Positions 31,062-41,401 are shown, counted from the stretch's first letter. The stretch is 64,000 nt of DNA from Planctomycetales bacterium (GCA_020427155.1 JAGQOW010000012.1:149-64148), one strand, 5' to 3'. The notes: generated from the letters alone by a model not told the origin. A program made the numbers and translations.

Positions 31062-32417
31062 GTGGCAAACAAGAAACTGATTCTGCTGGCTCTGGTAGCG
31101 ATGGGGATAAGCTGCGGCAGCACGAATGCCCAAGAGCAACTTGTTGTTCCGCCGTTCGAGGTCCTCGATGACGCTGCTCCTCAACTCGCCATTCCTGAGG
31201 ATTCGGGCTCGCTACCAGTGGATCCAGCCGAAAACCTGCCGCTCCCGAACGAAAGCTCAGTAGACGAAGTCCTAGAACCTTTCGCCGAGCCAATCGACTC
31301 TGGAGATCTCCAGAACTCTGCGCAAGGACTCGCCCCAGGCGAGCAGCTACACCCGTTTAGCTTTGAGCCGGCCATCTTGGAAAGCACCGGCACGTGGCTG
31401 CGCCGTGGATTCTGGTATACCGAATTCGATGTGGTAATCTTCGACCGTATTTGGCAGCGAGACCCCATGGAACTGATGAGCCAACGAGTGGGCACCTCAA
31501 CCAACCAGTTCGGCCAAACCGTGCTGACGTTTAATGCACTCACTCTCAATGGCGGCCAAAACGGCGCCGAAGCAGCCCCGCGGCTGAAGCTCGGTCGCTT
31601 CCTCTTTCGCGACAACGACAACCGGGACCATGCCATCGAGTTCGTCATCTATGGCGGCGGCGAGTGGACTCAAAGCGGCCGACTCGACGTTAGTCCTAAC
31701 AACAGCGCCGGGACAACCTTTCTCTCTGTCAGCGACGTTGCCGGCAGAGGCAACGCAGCCTTTGACACGGCAACCAGCTCTCAATTCAGATACGACAGTC
31801 GACTCAATAGCTTTGAGCTCAACTACCATGTCTCCTCGAGAATGAAAAAAGATCACATGGAACTCGAGCCCAGCGGGCACTGGGTTCGACGGGCTCAGCC
31901 TTCGGTCACCCACTCGCTCGTCGCCGGCATTCGCTACCTCGACATGAACGAATCAATCCTCTGGGAAGCCTTTGGCATCCAAGATCGAAACAATGACGGC
32001 AATTTGGAAACCGGCTATTACGATGTTCAGACCGACAACGACATGATTGGAACTCAGCTCGGCCTTTCGGTCGCTCATGAACGCGCTCGCTGGAGCCTGA
32101 ATGCCAATGTAAGAACCGGTATTTTCCTCAATCACGCGAACGTCGATTCCGTATTTGACGTAACGGACGATGTGACCAACGGAGACAACCATATCGTCCA
32201 GGACAACATGACCTTTCTTACCGACGCTTCGCTCGTCGCCAAGTGGCATCTGCGCCCTAATTTGTCGATTCGCGCCGGACTCGAAGGCATGTTTCTTACT
32301 TCACTCGCAATGGCGCCCCTGCAGCTAAACTTCGCGCCTGTTTCTACATCAGAAAACATTGCCCGAGGCGATGTCGCCTACCTGGGCGGTTCGATCGGTC
32401 TGGAAACCTATTGGTAA
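31062..32417 (+). CDS. outer membrane beta-barrel protein (BBP7-like)
   Basis: GTG start with GGAGG; signal peptide; beta-strand pattern (SRLNSFELN, AGIRY, TDNDMIG.QLG); C-terminal GLETYW aromatic beta-signal. Confidence 0.75.
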   Translation: MANKKLILLALVAMGISCGSTNAQEQLVVPPFEVLDDAAPQLAIPEDSGSLPVDPAENLPLPNESSVDEVLEPFAEPIDSGDLQNSAQGLAPGEQLHPFSFEPAILESTGTWLRRGFWYTEFDVVIFDRIWQRDPMELMSQRVGTSTNQFGQTVLTFNALTLNGGQNGAEAAPRLKLGRFLFRDNDNRDHAIEFVIYGGGEWTQSGRLDVSPNNSAGTTFLSVSDVAGRGNAAFDTATSSQFRYDSRLNSFELNYHVSSRMKKDHMELEPSGHWVRRAQPSVTHSLVAGIRYLDMNESILWEAFGIQDRNNDGNLETGYYDVQTDNDMIGTQLGLSVAHERARWSLNANVRTGIFLNHANVDSVFDVTDDVTNGDNHIVQDNMTFLTDASLVAKWHLRPNLSIRAGLEGMFLTSLAMAPLQLNFAPVSTSENIARGDVAYLGGSIGLETYW

Positions 32418-32760
32418 CCCAATTACCCATGCCAGCACCCCCCCTGCTCCGCTTTCCAAGCGTAAACGCTGTCCGCGGCTCAGCTTCCGGCTAGCAGGCC
32501 CGCCGGCAATCGTACCGTAGTTCCCGACCCGCTAAGCGACCTGCGCCATAGCCTCTAAGTAGCTGCTAGCGAACGATTTGGGGCTAGGTTGCCGTAGACT
32601 TGAGCGACGATTCAAGGTAGCCTGAGTTCTACTATCCTTGCTTGCATCGGCCTGTCTGACTACATGCATGCTTGGCTCCCAAGCGATCCTTCAATTCGCA
32701 TGAGTCTTACGTCCACGATCAAGATACGGCCTTTTATCCTGCTCTCCTATTGATAAGCCG

Positions 32761-35700
32761 ATGAAGCAACCTTCATTTCTGGCACGCAAAACGCCCTGGT
32801 GGCCGCATTGGCCCAACTATTTCTTGATCGCAATGGCGTTGACCTTCCTCGTGGCCTTTGTGCCCCGAGGTGTACGCAAAGCGGTTGAGGGCAACACCAA
32901 CAAAGCCGAAGACTGGTTGCCCTCTTCTTACGCCGAATCGATCGACCTGCGCTGGTTCCGCGACCACTTCATGGGCGAGCAATTCGCCTTGATCAGCTGG
33001 GACGGCTGCACGCTCGGCAACGATGAGAAGCTTCAGTTTCTAGCCAAGAAGCTCATCCCCAGTCCCGAAGCCCTCGCCAATGCCGAAAAAGACTCCGACC
33101 TGCACCTACGCGCACGTTGGTACAAAAACATCATCAGCGGTCCTGCCGTTCTCGAAGAGCTTATGGCGCCGCCGTTGAGCCTCGACTATGGCGAGGCCAT
33201 TTCGCGCATCGAAGGCGCACTGGTAGGCCCTGCCAAGTACGATGCCGAAGGGAATAATCTCGGTCCCGAAGCTCGCACCACTTGTCTCATCGTTTACCTC
33301 ACCGAAGAGGCCACCCGCGACAATCGCACCATGCGACAAGCGATCGAGAAGATTACCGAAATTGCCTCGACCGACTGCGGCATCGCAGCAGAAACTATCC
33401 ACATGGGCGGCCCCCCCGTCGACAACATTACGATCGACGTCGAAGGCGAAAAAACCCTCGTGCGTCTCGCCTCACTCGCAGGAATCGTTGGATTGGCCCT
33501 GTCGTACTGGTGCTTTCGCAGCATGAAGCTGACTAGCATCGTCTTTGCCATCGGAGTGCTTAGCGCCGGCATGAGCCTGGCCATCGTGTTCTATTTTGGC
33601 ATCCTCGAAGTCACGCTGACTGACCTAACCAGAGCTCGACTTGGTACGGTCGACGCCATCTTGATGTCGATGCCCGCCGTCGTCTACGTCCTTGGACTCT
33701 CTGGCGCTATTCACATCGTCAATTACTACCGCGATGCCCGTCGCGACCGAGGCCTCGAAGGGGCAGCTGAAAGCGCCGTGAAACTCGGCTGGGGGCCCTG
33801 TACTCTGGCCGCCTTTACCACCGCCGTCGGTCTCGGTTCGCTCTATACCAGCGACATCCTTCCTATCAAGAAATTCGGCATGTTTACCGCGATTGCGGTC
33901 ATGGCCACCGTCGCAGTCCTGTTCTCGGCACTGCCCGTCTTCTTACACCGCTTCCCCGTGAGCGACGACCTTATCCGTCGCCAGTCGGGCGGCAAAGACG
34001 ACGACCACCTGCCCAGCTGGGCCAAGCGACTCTTCGGTCTTGTCGTCGGACGATACGCACTCACCTGCTTCATGTGGGCTGTCGTCATGGGGGCATTCGG
34101 CTTGGGATTCAATCACATCCAGACTTCAGTCAGCCTTCTGAAACTCCTCGATCCGGACACCGACCTGATTCACGACTACACCTGGCTCGAAGAGAATCTG
34201 GCGAATCTCGTGCCCATGGAGGTAGTGCTTACCATCCCTCAAGAGAGTTGTCGAACTGCCGACGAGCATGCCGAGGATGGGGGCAATCAATACCGCAACA
34301 CTTTGCTCGAACGACTCAACCTCGCGCGTCGCGTCCAAAGCCGCATTGAAGAGCTGCCTGAAATCAGCCGTGTGATGTCGGTCGCCACTTACACGCCGAA
34401 AAGCACCCATTCGGGCATCACCAGCGCCGATCGTAGCGGCGACTACGCCAAGAATCGAAGTCTGGAAGAGAATCTCAGCTCCTTGCATCGGAGCGGCTAT
34501 CTCCGCCTCGAAAAGGGAAGCTCCGGCGACCGAGAGCTCTGGCGCATCAGCGCGCGGGTCGCCGCACTAGGCGACGACGGCGAAGGAGTCGACTACGGCG
34601 AATTTGTCCAACAACTGAAAACCGCCGTCGATCCTGTCTTGGTAGCCTATCAACAACGCGACATGATCGTCGAGCAACTTCACGCCGCCGGCAAGAGACT
34701 CGATGGAGCACAAATCTGCGTCCTCTACCGAACACCAGACGACTCCTCGACTGCCCCTGCCGAAAACTCTCAGGAGTCGGTGCTCTCTGATCTGCTTCGC
34801 GAAAGTGGGGTCGAACCTCGGATCCTTCCCAACGGCAAGAAAAGCCAGGGGATCTCGAAGTACAATCTCGCCCAACTCGACGCTCACAAAGATGACCCGC
34901 AGTACCTGGAGAAAGTCATCGCTGCCCTTGGCGAGCAGGATGCCCTCGTTCTTGTCTCGGCCGGAAGCGACCCCACCGCAAAGCAGTTGGCCGACGGTGG
35001 TCTGCATGTCATCGATGTTTCAGATGTTCCCGTTTACGAGTCCTCGGCTGCATTGCCCTATGTCGAGGGCGGGCAAACCAGACCAATTCGTGCCGTCTAC
35101 ACTGGCATGATTCCCTTAGTCTATAAAACTCAGCGGCAACTCCTCTACAGCCTCAAGGAAAGCATTATCTGGGCCACCGTCTTGATCGCCGGCGTGATGA
35201 TGTTCGTACTGCGAAGTCCCATTGCTGGTCTTATCTCGATGATCCCTAACGTCTTTCCCATTATCGTCATCTTCGGCGGATTAGGATGGCTGGGCATCAA
35301 AGTGGATATCGGCATCATGATGACCGCCAGCGTTGCCCTCGGCGTGGCTGTCGACGATACGGTCCACTTCCTCACCTGGTTCCGTCGGGGCATCTCCAAA
35401 GGCATGACTCGCGTCGAAGCGATCATGCTCGCCTACGATCGGTGTGCCACGGCAATGCTACAGACCACGATTATCGGCGGACTCGGACTGGCCGTCTTTG
35501 CGACCAGCACTTTTACTCCGACCCAACAGTTCGGCTATCTCATGATCTCGATGTTAGCCGCTGCGCTGGTCGGCGACTTGCTCTTGCTCCCCGCGATTCT
35601 GGCCAGCCCGTTCGGTTGGTTCTTTGGAGGCAGCAAAACCGCCGCTGCTGAACCTGCTGGGCTAACTGAAACGGCCATTGATGCTGCGCAGAATCAGCCC

Positions 35701-35910
35701 GTGCCATCCTCTGTCGCGCACACAACCCTTCCCGAACTTGAGCCCCAGCCTCTGCACGTCATCGAGGACGAACCGCTGCCGACCGAGTCCTCTCTGGCTA
35801 GCTCCAACGAGCAATTGCAGAAGGAACTGCAGGAAGGTCCCCACGCGGCCCTGCACGCCAAACTCCGCAGCCTGAGACGTGAATCGACCCAAGACTCAGT
35901 TTCTTCCTAA
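32761..35910 (+). CDS. MMPL/RND-family transporter
   Basis: Two TM bundles with large periplasmic domains; SMIPNVFP, SVALGVAVDDTVHF, DLLLLPAIL. Confidence 0.9.
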   Translation: MKQPSFLARKTPWWPHWPNYFLIAMALTFLVAFVPRGVRKAVEGNTNKAEDWLPSSYAESIDLRWFRDHFMGEQFALISWDGCTLGNDEKLQFLAKKLIPSPEALANAEKDSDLHLRARWYKNIISGPAVLEELMAPPLSLDYGEAISRIEGALVGPAKYDAEGNNLGPEARTTCLIVYLTEEATRDNRTMRQAIEKITEIASTDCGIAAETIHMGGPPVDNITIDVEGEKTLVRLASLAGIVGLALSYWCFRSMKLTSIVFAIGVLSAGMSLAIVFYFGILEVTLTDLTRARLGTVDAILMSMPAVVYVLGLSGAIHIVNYYRDARRDRGLEGAAESAVKLGWGPCTLAAFTTAVGLGSLYTSDILPIKKFGMFTAIAVMATVAVLFSALPVFLHRFPVSDDLIRRQSGGKDDDHLPSWAKRLFGLVVGRYALTCFMWAVVMGAFGLGFNHIQTSVSLLKLLDPDTDLIHDYTWLEENLANLVPMEVVLTIPQESCRTADEHAEDGGNQYRNTLLERLNLARRVQSRIEELPEISRVMSVATYTPKSTHSGITSADRSGDYAKNRSLEENLSSLHRSGYLRLEKGSSGDRELWRISARVAALGDDGEGVDYGEFVQQLKTAVDPVLVAYQQRDMIVEQLHAAGKRLDGAQICVLYRTPDDSSTAPAENSQESVLSDLLRESGVEPRILPNGKKSQGISKYNLAQLDAHKDDPQYLEKVIAALGEQDALVLVSAGSDPTAKQLADGGLHVIDVSDVPVYESSAALPYVEGGQTRPIRAVYTGMIPLVYKTQRQLLYSLKESIIWATVLIAGVMMFVLRSPIAGLISMIPNVFPIIVIFGGLGWLGIKVDIGIMMTASVALGVAVDDTVHFLTWFRRGISKGMTRVEAIMLAYDRCATAMLQTTIIGGLGLAVFATSTFTPTQQFGYLMISMLAAALVGDLLLLPAILASPFGWFFGGSKTAAAEPAGLTETAIDAAQNQPVPSSVAHTTLPELEPQPLHVIEDEPLPTESSLASSNEQLQKELQEGPHAALHAKLRSLRRESTQDSVSS

Positions 35911-36074
35911 TCTGAGCCGTGTTCTGGTACGTTGCTTTCGACGCCAGTGCCTTTCGACACGCGTTTCAGTCGTCTATAACACAGTCCAATTGTGAATTTC
36001 CGTTAGCGGTTGGAGCAACCAGCTGAGGGTAACAGCAGCAACTCACCTTCCATCTTGCCCGTATTCGCCTCCTC

Positions 36075-37415
36075 ATGTCTCGCCGTAACATGCTACTGCT
36101 GACCGTTACTGCGATGGTTTCTTACCTATGTTACGTGCGCGGCGAACAAAACCCCTACGCTCGTTATGTGGCTGGAGGCTACTCCATCATCGATCGTTGG
36201 GCCCTGCAAGACACCCCTGATCAAGAGCTCTTTGAAGGCGCCATGCAAGGCATGGTCAGCGTACTTCAAAAACGAGGCGACGAACACTCGCTCTTCATCA
36301 ACGAAGAGCAACGCGACATCTTTCGCGAAGAGCTCACCCAAGAATTCGGCGGCATCGGCGTACGTATTCGGCAACTCGGCGATCCGCCACAACTCACCAT
36401 CGTCGGACCTCCGGAACCTGGCACCCCTGCCTTCGACGCTGACATCCGCTCGGGAGATCGCATTGTGGCCCTTGACGGCAAACCAACCGCCAACATGGAA
36501 ATGATCGAAGTGCTCAAGATCATGCGCGGCACGGCCGGCCAGCAAGTCGTGCTCTCCATCACGCATCAAGGCGAAGAAACCGTTCACGAAATCGCGCTCA
36601 CCCGAGCGGTCATCACGGTCGAGTCCATTCGAGGCGATCTGCGCCAGCCAGACGGCACTTGGCTTTTCCAACTCGAGTCGGACCTGCGCATCGGCTATCT
36701 ACGGATCACCAGCTTCGGAGACAAAACCGAAGAAGAACTTGCTAAGGCACTCGATCTGTTATGCGGTCCCGCCGCCAAGAACCGTGTCGAAGCTTTGATT
36801 CTCGACGTTCGCGACAACTACGGCGGCGCGCTCGATGCCGCGGTAGGAATCAGCGACCTGTTCCTCAGAGCAGGCCTGCCAATCGTATCCACACGTGGGC
36901 GCGACCAGGTCACTCGCGACCGATTTGTCTCGACCGGCAGCGGCGGGTACACCACTCAGCCTCTGGCGATTCTCATAAATCATAACAGCGCCAGTGCCGC
37001 AGAAATCCTCGCTGCCTGCCTGCAAGATTACAATCGAGCCGTCGTCATTGGTCAGCGGTCATTCGGCAAAGGCACCGTGCAGCGCCTGGTACGAATCGAG
37101 TCGGGCCGCAGTCTGTTGAAACTCACTTCGGCAACCTACTGGCGCCCCAGCGGGAAAAACATCCATCGCATGCCCGGCGACAGCGATACTGACCCTTGGG
37201 GAGTCTCGCCCAACGAGGGATTTCAGGTGGTGCTAGACGACAAAGAGTATCTCGAGTGGCGACACTACCGCCGTCGCCGCGATCTGATCGGCAACAGCGA
37301 TCAAAGCCCCCTGGCAATGCAGATCGACAAAGAGGACGGCAAACCACCCGAGTCGTACGTCGACCGTGCCTTCGAAAAAGCACGCGACTACCTGGCAGCC
37401 ACGCTCGACCAATAA
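36075..37415 (+). CDS. S41A carboxyl-terminal processing protease (CtpA-like, with PDZ)
   Basis: FGGIG PDZ loop, IGYLRITSF, LILDVR.N.GG, SASAAEI (Ser), FGKG (Lys). Confidence 0.93.
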   Translation: MSRRNMLLLTVTAMVSYLCYVRGEQNPYARYVAGGYSIIDRWALQDTPDQELFEGAMQGMVSVLQKRGDEHSLFINEEQRDIFREELTQEFGGIGVRIRQLGDPPQLTIVGPPEPGTPAFDADIRSGDRIVALDGKPTANMEMIEVLKIMRGTAGQQVVLSITHQGEETVHEIALTRAVITVESIRGDLRQPDGTWLFQLESDLRIGYLRITSFGDKTEEELAKALDLLCGPAAKNRVEALILDVRDNYGGALDAAVGISDLFLRAGLPIVSTRGRDQVTRDRFVSTGSGGYTTQPLAILINHNSASAAEILAACLQDYNRAVVIGQRSFGKGTVQRLVRIESGRSLLKLTSATYWRPSGKNIHRMPGDSDTDPWGVSPNEGFQVVLDDKEYLEWRHYRRRRDLIGNSDQSPLAMQIDKEDGKPPESYVDRAFEKARDYLAATLDQ

Positions 37416-37679
37416 GCTGCCACTCGAATGCCCGGAGAGCGAAGGCACCATCTTCTGCATGGCCCTCAGACTCGCAGCAGTGGCAGCTGTCTTTGCTTGT
37501 CCACCCAGCAAATAGCATGCTAAGGCAGTGAGAAGGCTTTTGTAATTCCCACCTCTCAACTGCATGATAGTTCTTTCATCCCGTCGTGCAGGTCGCCAGC
37601 AAACCCACAGGTAGCCCTTTCGAGACGAGCGACATTCTGGGGATTTTGCCTGAATCGAATGATTTTCCGCAGAAAAAGC

Positions 37680-37708
37680 TTGCAACCACTTTCTACCCCG
37701 CTTAGATT
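37680..37708 (+). promoter_or_regulatory. sigma-70-type promoter
   Basis: TTGCAA-N17-TAGATT, 70 bp upstream of the PEP-CTERM gene. Confidence 0.5.
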
Positions 37709-37777
37709 CCTCCGAAGAGGCACTTCGTAACTTCGTTTCAGTTGTGGTGATGCTCATGAACCTAGAGGGTGAATAAC

Positions 37778-38434
37778 ATGCGTTGGCACAAGTCTCTAGC
37801 GGCGGTCCTGCTGTTCTCGATCTTATTTTCTGCCCAACAAGCGAGTGCTGATATTCTCTTCACGACAGGCGCAATGGTCGAGATTGCCTCTCCAGCCTCT
37901 TTCCTCGAAGGAGATCTCGAAAGCTCCTCGGTCATCTCTATCTTGGACGAAGGGGTAAAAACACTTCCAGGCGATATTTTTGTGAATGCCGTCGGCGTGG
38001 GCACCCACTTCGGCAGTGCGGGAACCCCTGTTCCAGTCCTGGCCGGCACCGAGGTGCAAACTTACCTCGTACATTTCGACCCACTTGGCGCTGGCTTCGC
38101 AACTCTCTCGGGAAGTGTCTTTTTTGTCCCTGGTGAGATTATCCTGGGAATTCAGACTCACACACCCTGGCTCGACTTCTCCGACGCGGCCGTCGGCGAC
38201 CCATTGTCCACGTACCCCACTGGCCTGCTGGAATTTCGTGCACTCGAGACCCTGCCGGGAACCGACACCACGACAATTGCTCCTGGCCTGGGCTCGGCGT
38301 CCTTTTCGCTATTTGCCGAACTGGGCATCGACCAGGCACGCATCGTCACCATGCCTGTCCCAGAGCCTTCGACCCTGACGTTGCTACTGGGTTCGGCAGC
38401 ACTATTACCGATTTGCCGCCGCGCGCTCAGTTGA
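37778..38434 (+). CDS. PEP-CTERM surface protein
   Basis: Signal peptide (ASA-D); C-terminal VPEPSTLTLLLGSAALL..CRR sorting signal. Confidence 0.9.
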   Translation: MRWHKSLAAVLLFSILFSAQQASADILFTTGAMVEIASPASFLEGDLESSSVISILDEGVKTLPGDIFVNAVGVGTHFGSAGTPVPVLAGTEVQTYLVHFDPLGAGFATLSGSVFFVPGEIILGIQTHTPWLDFSDAAVGDPLSTYPTGLLEFRALETLPGTDTTTIAPGLGSASFSLFAELGIDQARIVTMPVPEPSTLTLLLGSAALLPICRRALS

Positions 38435-38634
38435 GTGTCCCAATAGTCGCATCTTGAGCCAGTTCCTACGGGCCGCTGTTAGGCACGCAGGCCGTTGCAT
38501 GCTCTTTGCAGTCCAGTTCGCGTTGCTGACAACTTCCGCTAGCGTCTCTCCTGCTCTACACACCTAGCTGTTATCACAGTCTGCGGCAGGAAAACTTTGG
38601 CGTCTTTCCATTTTGAGCCAACGCCGGCTGCTGC

Positions 38635-40437
38635 TCATTTGACTCGTTTAGCAACTTGCTCGACGCCGTTCTGATGAAGAACGAGGCTCTTGGCGGGACC
38701 GGTTTTGGGCAGCTTGAATTCAAGCGTGGCGTCTACCCCGCGGTACGACCAGCGTGTGGGAGAGTCTGGGAATACCTCCTGGGTCGCTTGATTGGTGATA
38801 CCAACCATCAGCCGTCCGTCGCGATCGCGAACAGTAAATACGAAATTCGGCGCCAGCTGGTACTGCCCCTCCAAACGACGACGCAGCTCCGCATCGATGG
38901 CGAGTTCGCCCGGCTCGTTCTCTGGCGACTCGCCTGCCTTCTCCTCCGGCATTGCTCGGCCTGCCGCTCGAATCGCCTGCCGATTGGCCGCCGTCATCGG
39001 TACCTCTTCCAATATTCGCGTCTTGGGTGAGGTAAGCGACCCTATTTCCAACTTGACCTTGCCTTGCGGCGGATGCCCCATTCGTGTTAGCAGTTCGACC
39101 AGATCCTCTTCAAATCGCTTTTGCCAGTTGTCGGCAAAAGTCGCTTGACTAAAAGCTACAATCTCAGCCGCAGGAAGGTCGTTGAGCGATAGGAGCCTGC
39201 ACCATTGTTTCCCAATTCTCACTTCCGGTTGCTGTTCGTTCCAGCGAACGCCGTTGAAGGGTGCAAGCTTTGGGTACGCCGCGTCGCCTTGGGCCCAAGC
39301 CTCCAGAAGCCCTGCAGCAACTTCATCGGCAGCCTGACTGGCGGAACTCTGATTCGTCACCACGAGAACCGCAAATCCTTTCTCTGGGGCGGCCCAAACA
39401 ACGGCCTTGTTCATGGTATTGTCGCCACCGTGATGCAAAGCCTTCCCCCCCGCCCAACCGCGCTCCAGAGACATCCATCCCAGCGCGTAGTCGTCCCGAA
39501 CCGCCGTGTGCAGCTTCTGAAAACTAGCTTGCGTCAAATAGCTGCTCTGGCCGCGATGCCCTTTCAAGTGCTCGCTGATAAACTTTCCCCAATCTGTCAG
39601 CGACATGTGCATCGTCCCTGCCGGACCCATCACCGGTAGGTTATCCATGGCTTTCCCATTGCTCGGCATGGGATTCCCTGACGCGTCATGCGGCCAGGGC
39701 TGATCGATCTTGCCTGGTGTGCCGGTTCCGCCAAAACCGGCCGTCGACATTCCCAGTGGTTTGAAAACCTCGGTGGCCATCAGCACTTCCCAACTCTTGC
39801 GAGTCGCTTCCTCAGCCATGTGACCTGCTAGCGTGTACCCCCAATTCGAGTACAAGTACTTCTCACCTGACGTGCTGAGCAACTGAACACCGCTTGTTTC
39901 AAAAAGAACCTTGCGCCGCGCGCGGGTGCTATTCTTTTCGCCAACGTAGTTCTGCAGTTCAAAGTTGGCAGGCATCCCGCTCGTATGGGATAACAAATCG
40001 ATCAGTTTGATCGCCTTCACAGGATCGCTTAGCTTTGCCCCAAGCTTGGGAAAGGTCTCGCCTACGGTTTGCTCAAATCTCAACTTCCCAGCTTCGACCA
40101 CCCGTGCGATCATGGTTGCAGTCATTGCCTTGCCACACGAACCCAGATGCCAAAGATCTTCGTCCGTGACTGGAGTCGTGTCTCCTTTTTTGCGAACGCC
40201 TGTCGTTGCCAACAGCTGCAAGCCTTCGTCGGTGACAATCGCAGCTCCGAGACCAGGCAAGCCGTGCGATTGGCGAATCGCTTCCAGAGCGAGCTGTGGA
40301 TTCACTAAATCAAAGCCCGGGGTGGCCACGTCCTGTCCCCAGCTCGCGACTACCAGGTGCGAGCAGAAGCACAATAACCACACCAGCCGAGACCTGCCGA
40401 TCGGCAGCTGCCGACGCCACGAGTAGACATGTCCCAT
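38635..40437 (-). CDS. exported serine hydrolase (class C beta-lactamase-like) with extra middle domain and DUF3471-like C-terminal domain
   Basis: SCGK (SxxK), LLSHTSG, YSN, PAG, HHGG; C-terminal L.G.YQL.P.F..TVR..G.L..Q domain. Confidence 0.85.
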   Translation of the reverse strand: MGHVYSWRRQLPIGRSRLVWLLCFCSHLVVASWGQDVATPGFDLVNPQLALEAIRQSHGLPGLGAAIVTDEGLQLLATTGVRKKGDTTPVTDEDLWHLGSCGKAMTATMIARVVEAGKLRFEQTVGETFPKLGAKLSDPVKAIKLIDLLSHTSGMPANFELQNYVGEKNSTRARRKVLFETSGVQLLSTSGEKYLYSNWGYTLAGHMAEEATRKSWEVLMATEVFKPLGMSTAGFGGTGTPGKIDQPWPHDASGNPMPSNGKAMDNLPVMGPAGTMHMSLTDWGKFISEHLKGHRGQSSYLTQASFQKLHTAVRDDYALGWMSLERGWAGGKALHHGGDNTMNKAVVWAAPEKGFAVLVVTNQSSASQAADEVAAGLLEAWAQGDAAYPKLAPFNGVRWNEQQPEVRIGKQWCRLLSLNDLPAAEIVAFSQATFADNWQKRFEEDLVELLTRMGHPPQGKVKLEIGSLTSPKTRILEEVPMTAANRQAIRAAGRAMPEEKAGESPENEPGELAIDAELRRRLEGQYQLAPNFVFTVRDRDGRLMVGITNQATQEVFPDSPTRWSYRGVDATLEFKLPKTGPAKSLVLHQNGVEQVAKRVK

Positions 40438-40883
40438 TGCTCATGTCTCCTGGATTTCGATGAAGATGCGCATTGCTAGGGCGTTCTTACCTGCCCTGGG
40501 TGCTCAATGCAACGGAAACTGGATAGTACTTTTATACCGTTTGCCAATTGGTGCGCGTCGACACCGCGGAAGCAATCGTCGTCTCGCTGTCTTGCAGTGG
40601 ATTATCAGTCGCAATTCAACGATTTCTCCGGGATTATGCCCTATTCCCCAAAAGACCTCAACCAAATCTTCTGTCACTCGCCTGCGCCGAAAACAGAATA
40701 CAGCCTCTGGGAACGAACGATCACTTCCATTACCGGAAAGCCGTCAATGGCTGACCTCTCGAATTCCTTGCCCATCAGCAAGGCAATGCCGTTTACCTAA
40801 TCCGCAAACCTTCCGGCCCTTTGCAGAGGCTTTGAAAATACTACTGCCTAGAGCCCTCTCCACGAGCTACGCCAGCACATTTG

Positions 40884-40896
40884 TAACCTGTTTATA
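40884..40896. promoter_or_regulatory. candidate IHF site
   Basis: TAAcctgTTTATA is one mismatch from the reverse IHF consensus YAAnnnnTTGATW, about 50 bp upstream of the sigma-54 motif. Confidence 0.4.
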
Positions 40897-40946
40897 GATA
40901 GATACTTAGAAGAAATCCCGCGGAACGCGCCGACTTGCTCCACCCT

Positions 40947-40963
40947 TTGGCACGTCAACTGCA
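40947..40963 (+). promoter_or_regulatory. sigma-54 (-24/-12) promoter
   Basis: TTGGCACG-TCAA-CTGCA with exact GG-N10-GC spacing, one mismatch from TTGGCACGnnnnTTGCW. Confidence 0.7.
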
Positions 40964-41104
40964 ACTCTACTCTGCCCAATGGCAGCCGTGCTCGGCTCCG
41001 AGGCCCAAGGGATGGCAGGCTCGGGCAGCACGTGCCTCTTATCAAGACTCTCGTTTCGACTCTCAAAATGGGCATATCTTGCCTACATGTGCAAAGGAAT
41101 ACTC

Positions 41105-41401
41105 ATGGTTGCTCCTCGTAAAACGAAAAAGATTTTTTGCACCATCGTTCGTGTCCCCGCGACCGAGGTTATTAATAGCGGCTCGCCCCAGCGATTCTCA
41201 ACTCGACCTAGCCGACTCTTGCCCTGGGCTGATCCCTACATCGCCAAGCTCGTAAGAAATCTGCAGCAGGAGGTTCGCAGCGAACGTCTCAGCGCCGCTG
41301 GGCTCCGGGCAGATCTCGATCCGCCCTCTCCCGCTACCGATACTGATGACAATTGGACCAACGACCCGCGCTGGTCGCTTTGGGACGAGCCTGCCAGTTG
41401 A
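41105..41401 (+). CDS. small hypothetical protein (98 aa)
   Basis: AAGGA RBS 7 nt before ATG, downstream of the sigma-54 motif, followed by a hairpin; no recognisable domain. Confidence 0.6.
   Translation: MVAPRKTKKIFCTIVRVPATEVINSGSPQRFSTRPSRLLPWADPYIAKLVRNLQQEVRSERLSAAGLRADLDPPSPATDTDDNWTNDPRWSLWDEPAS

Noticed and set aside
32556-32582. Degenerate TAAGT-N15-ACTTA-like palindrome, also loosely present near 40884
   Set aside because: Too many mismatches to call from two instances.
40460-40897. ORFs in the long intergenic region before the sigma-54 promoter
   Set aside because: No RBS, atypical composition and several competing frames; better explained as regulatory DNA.
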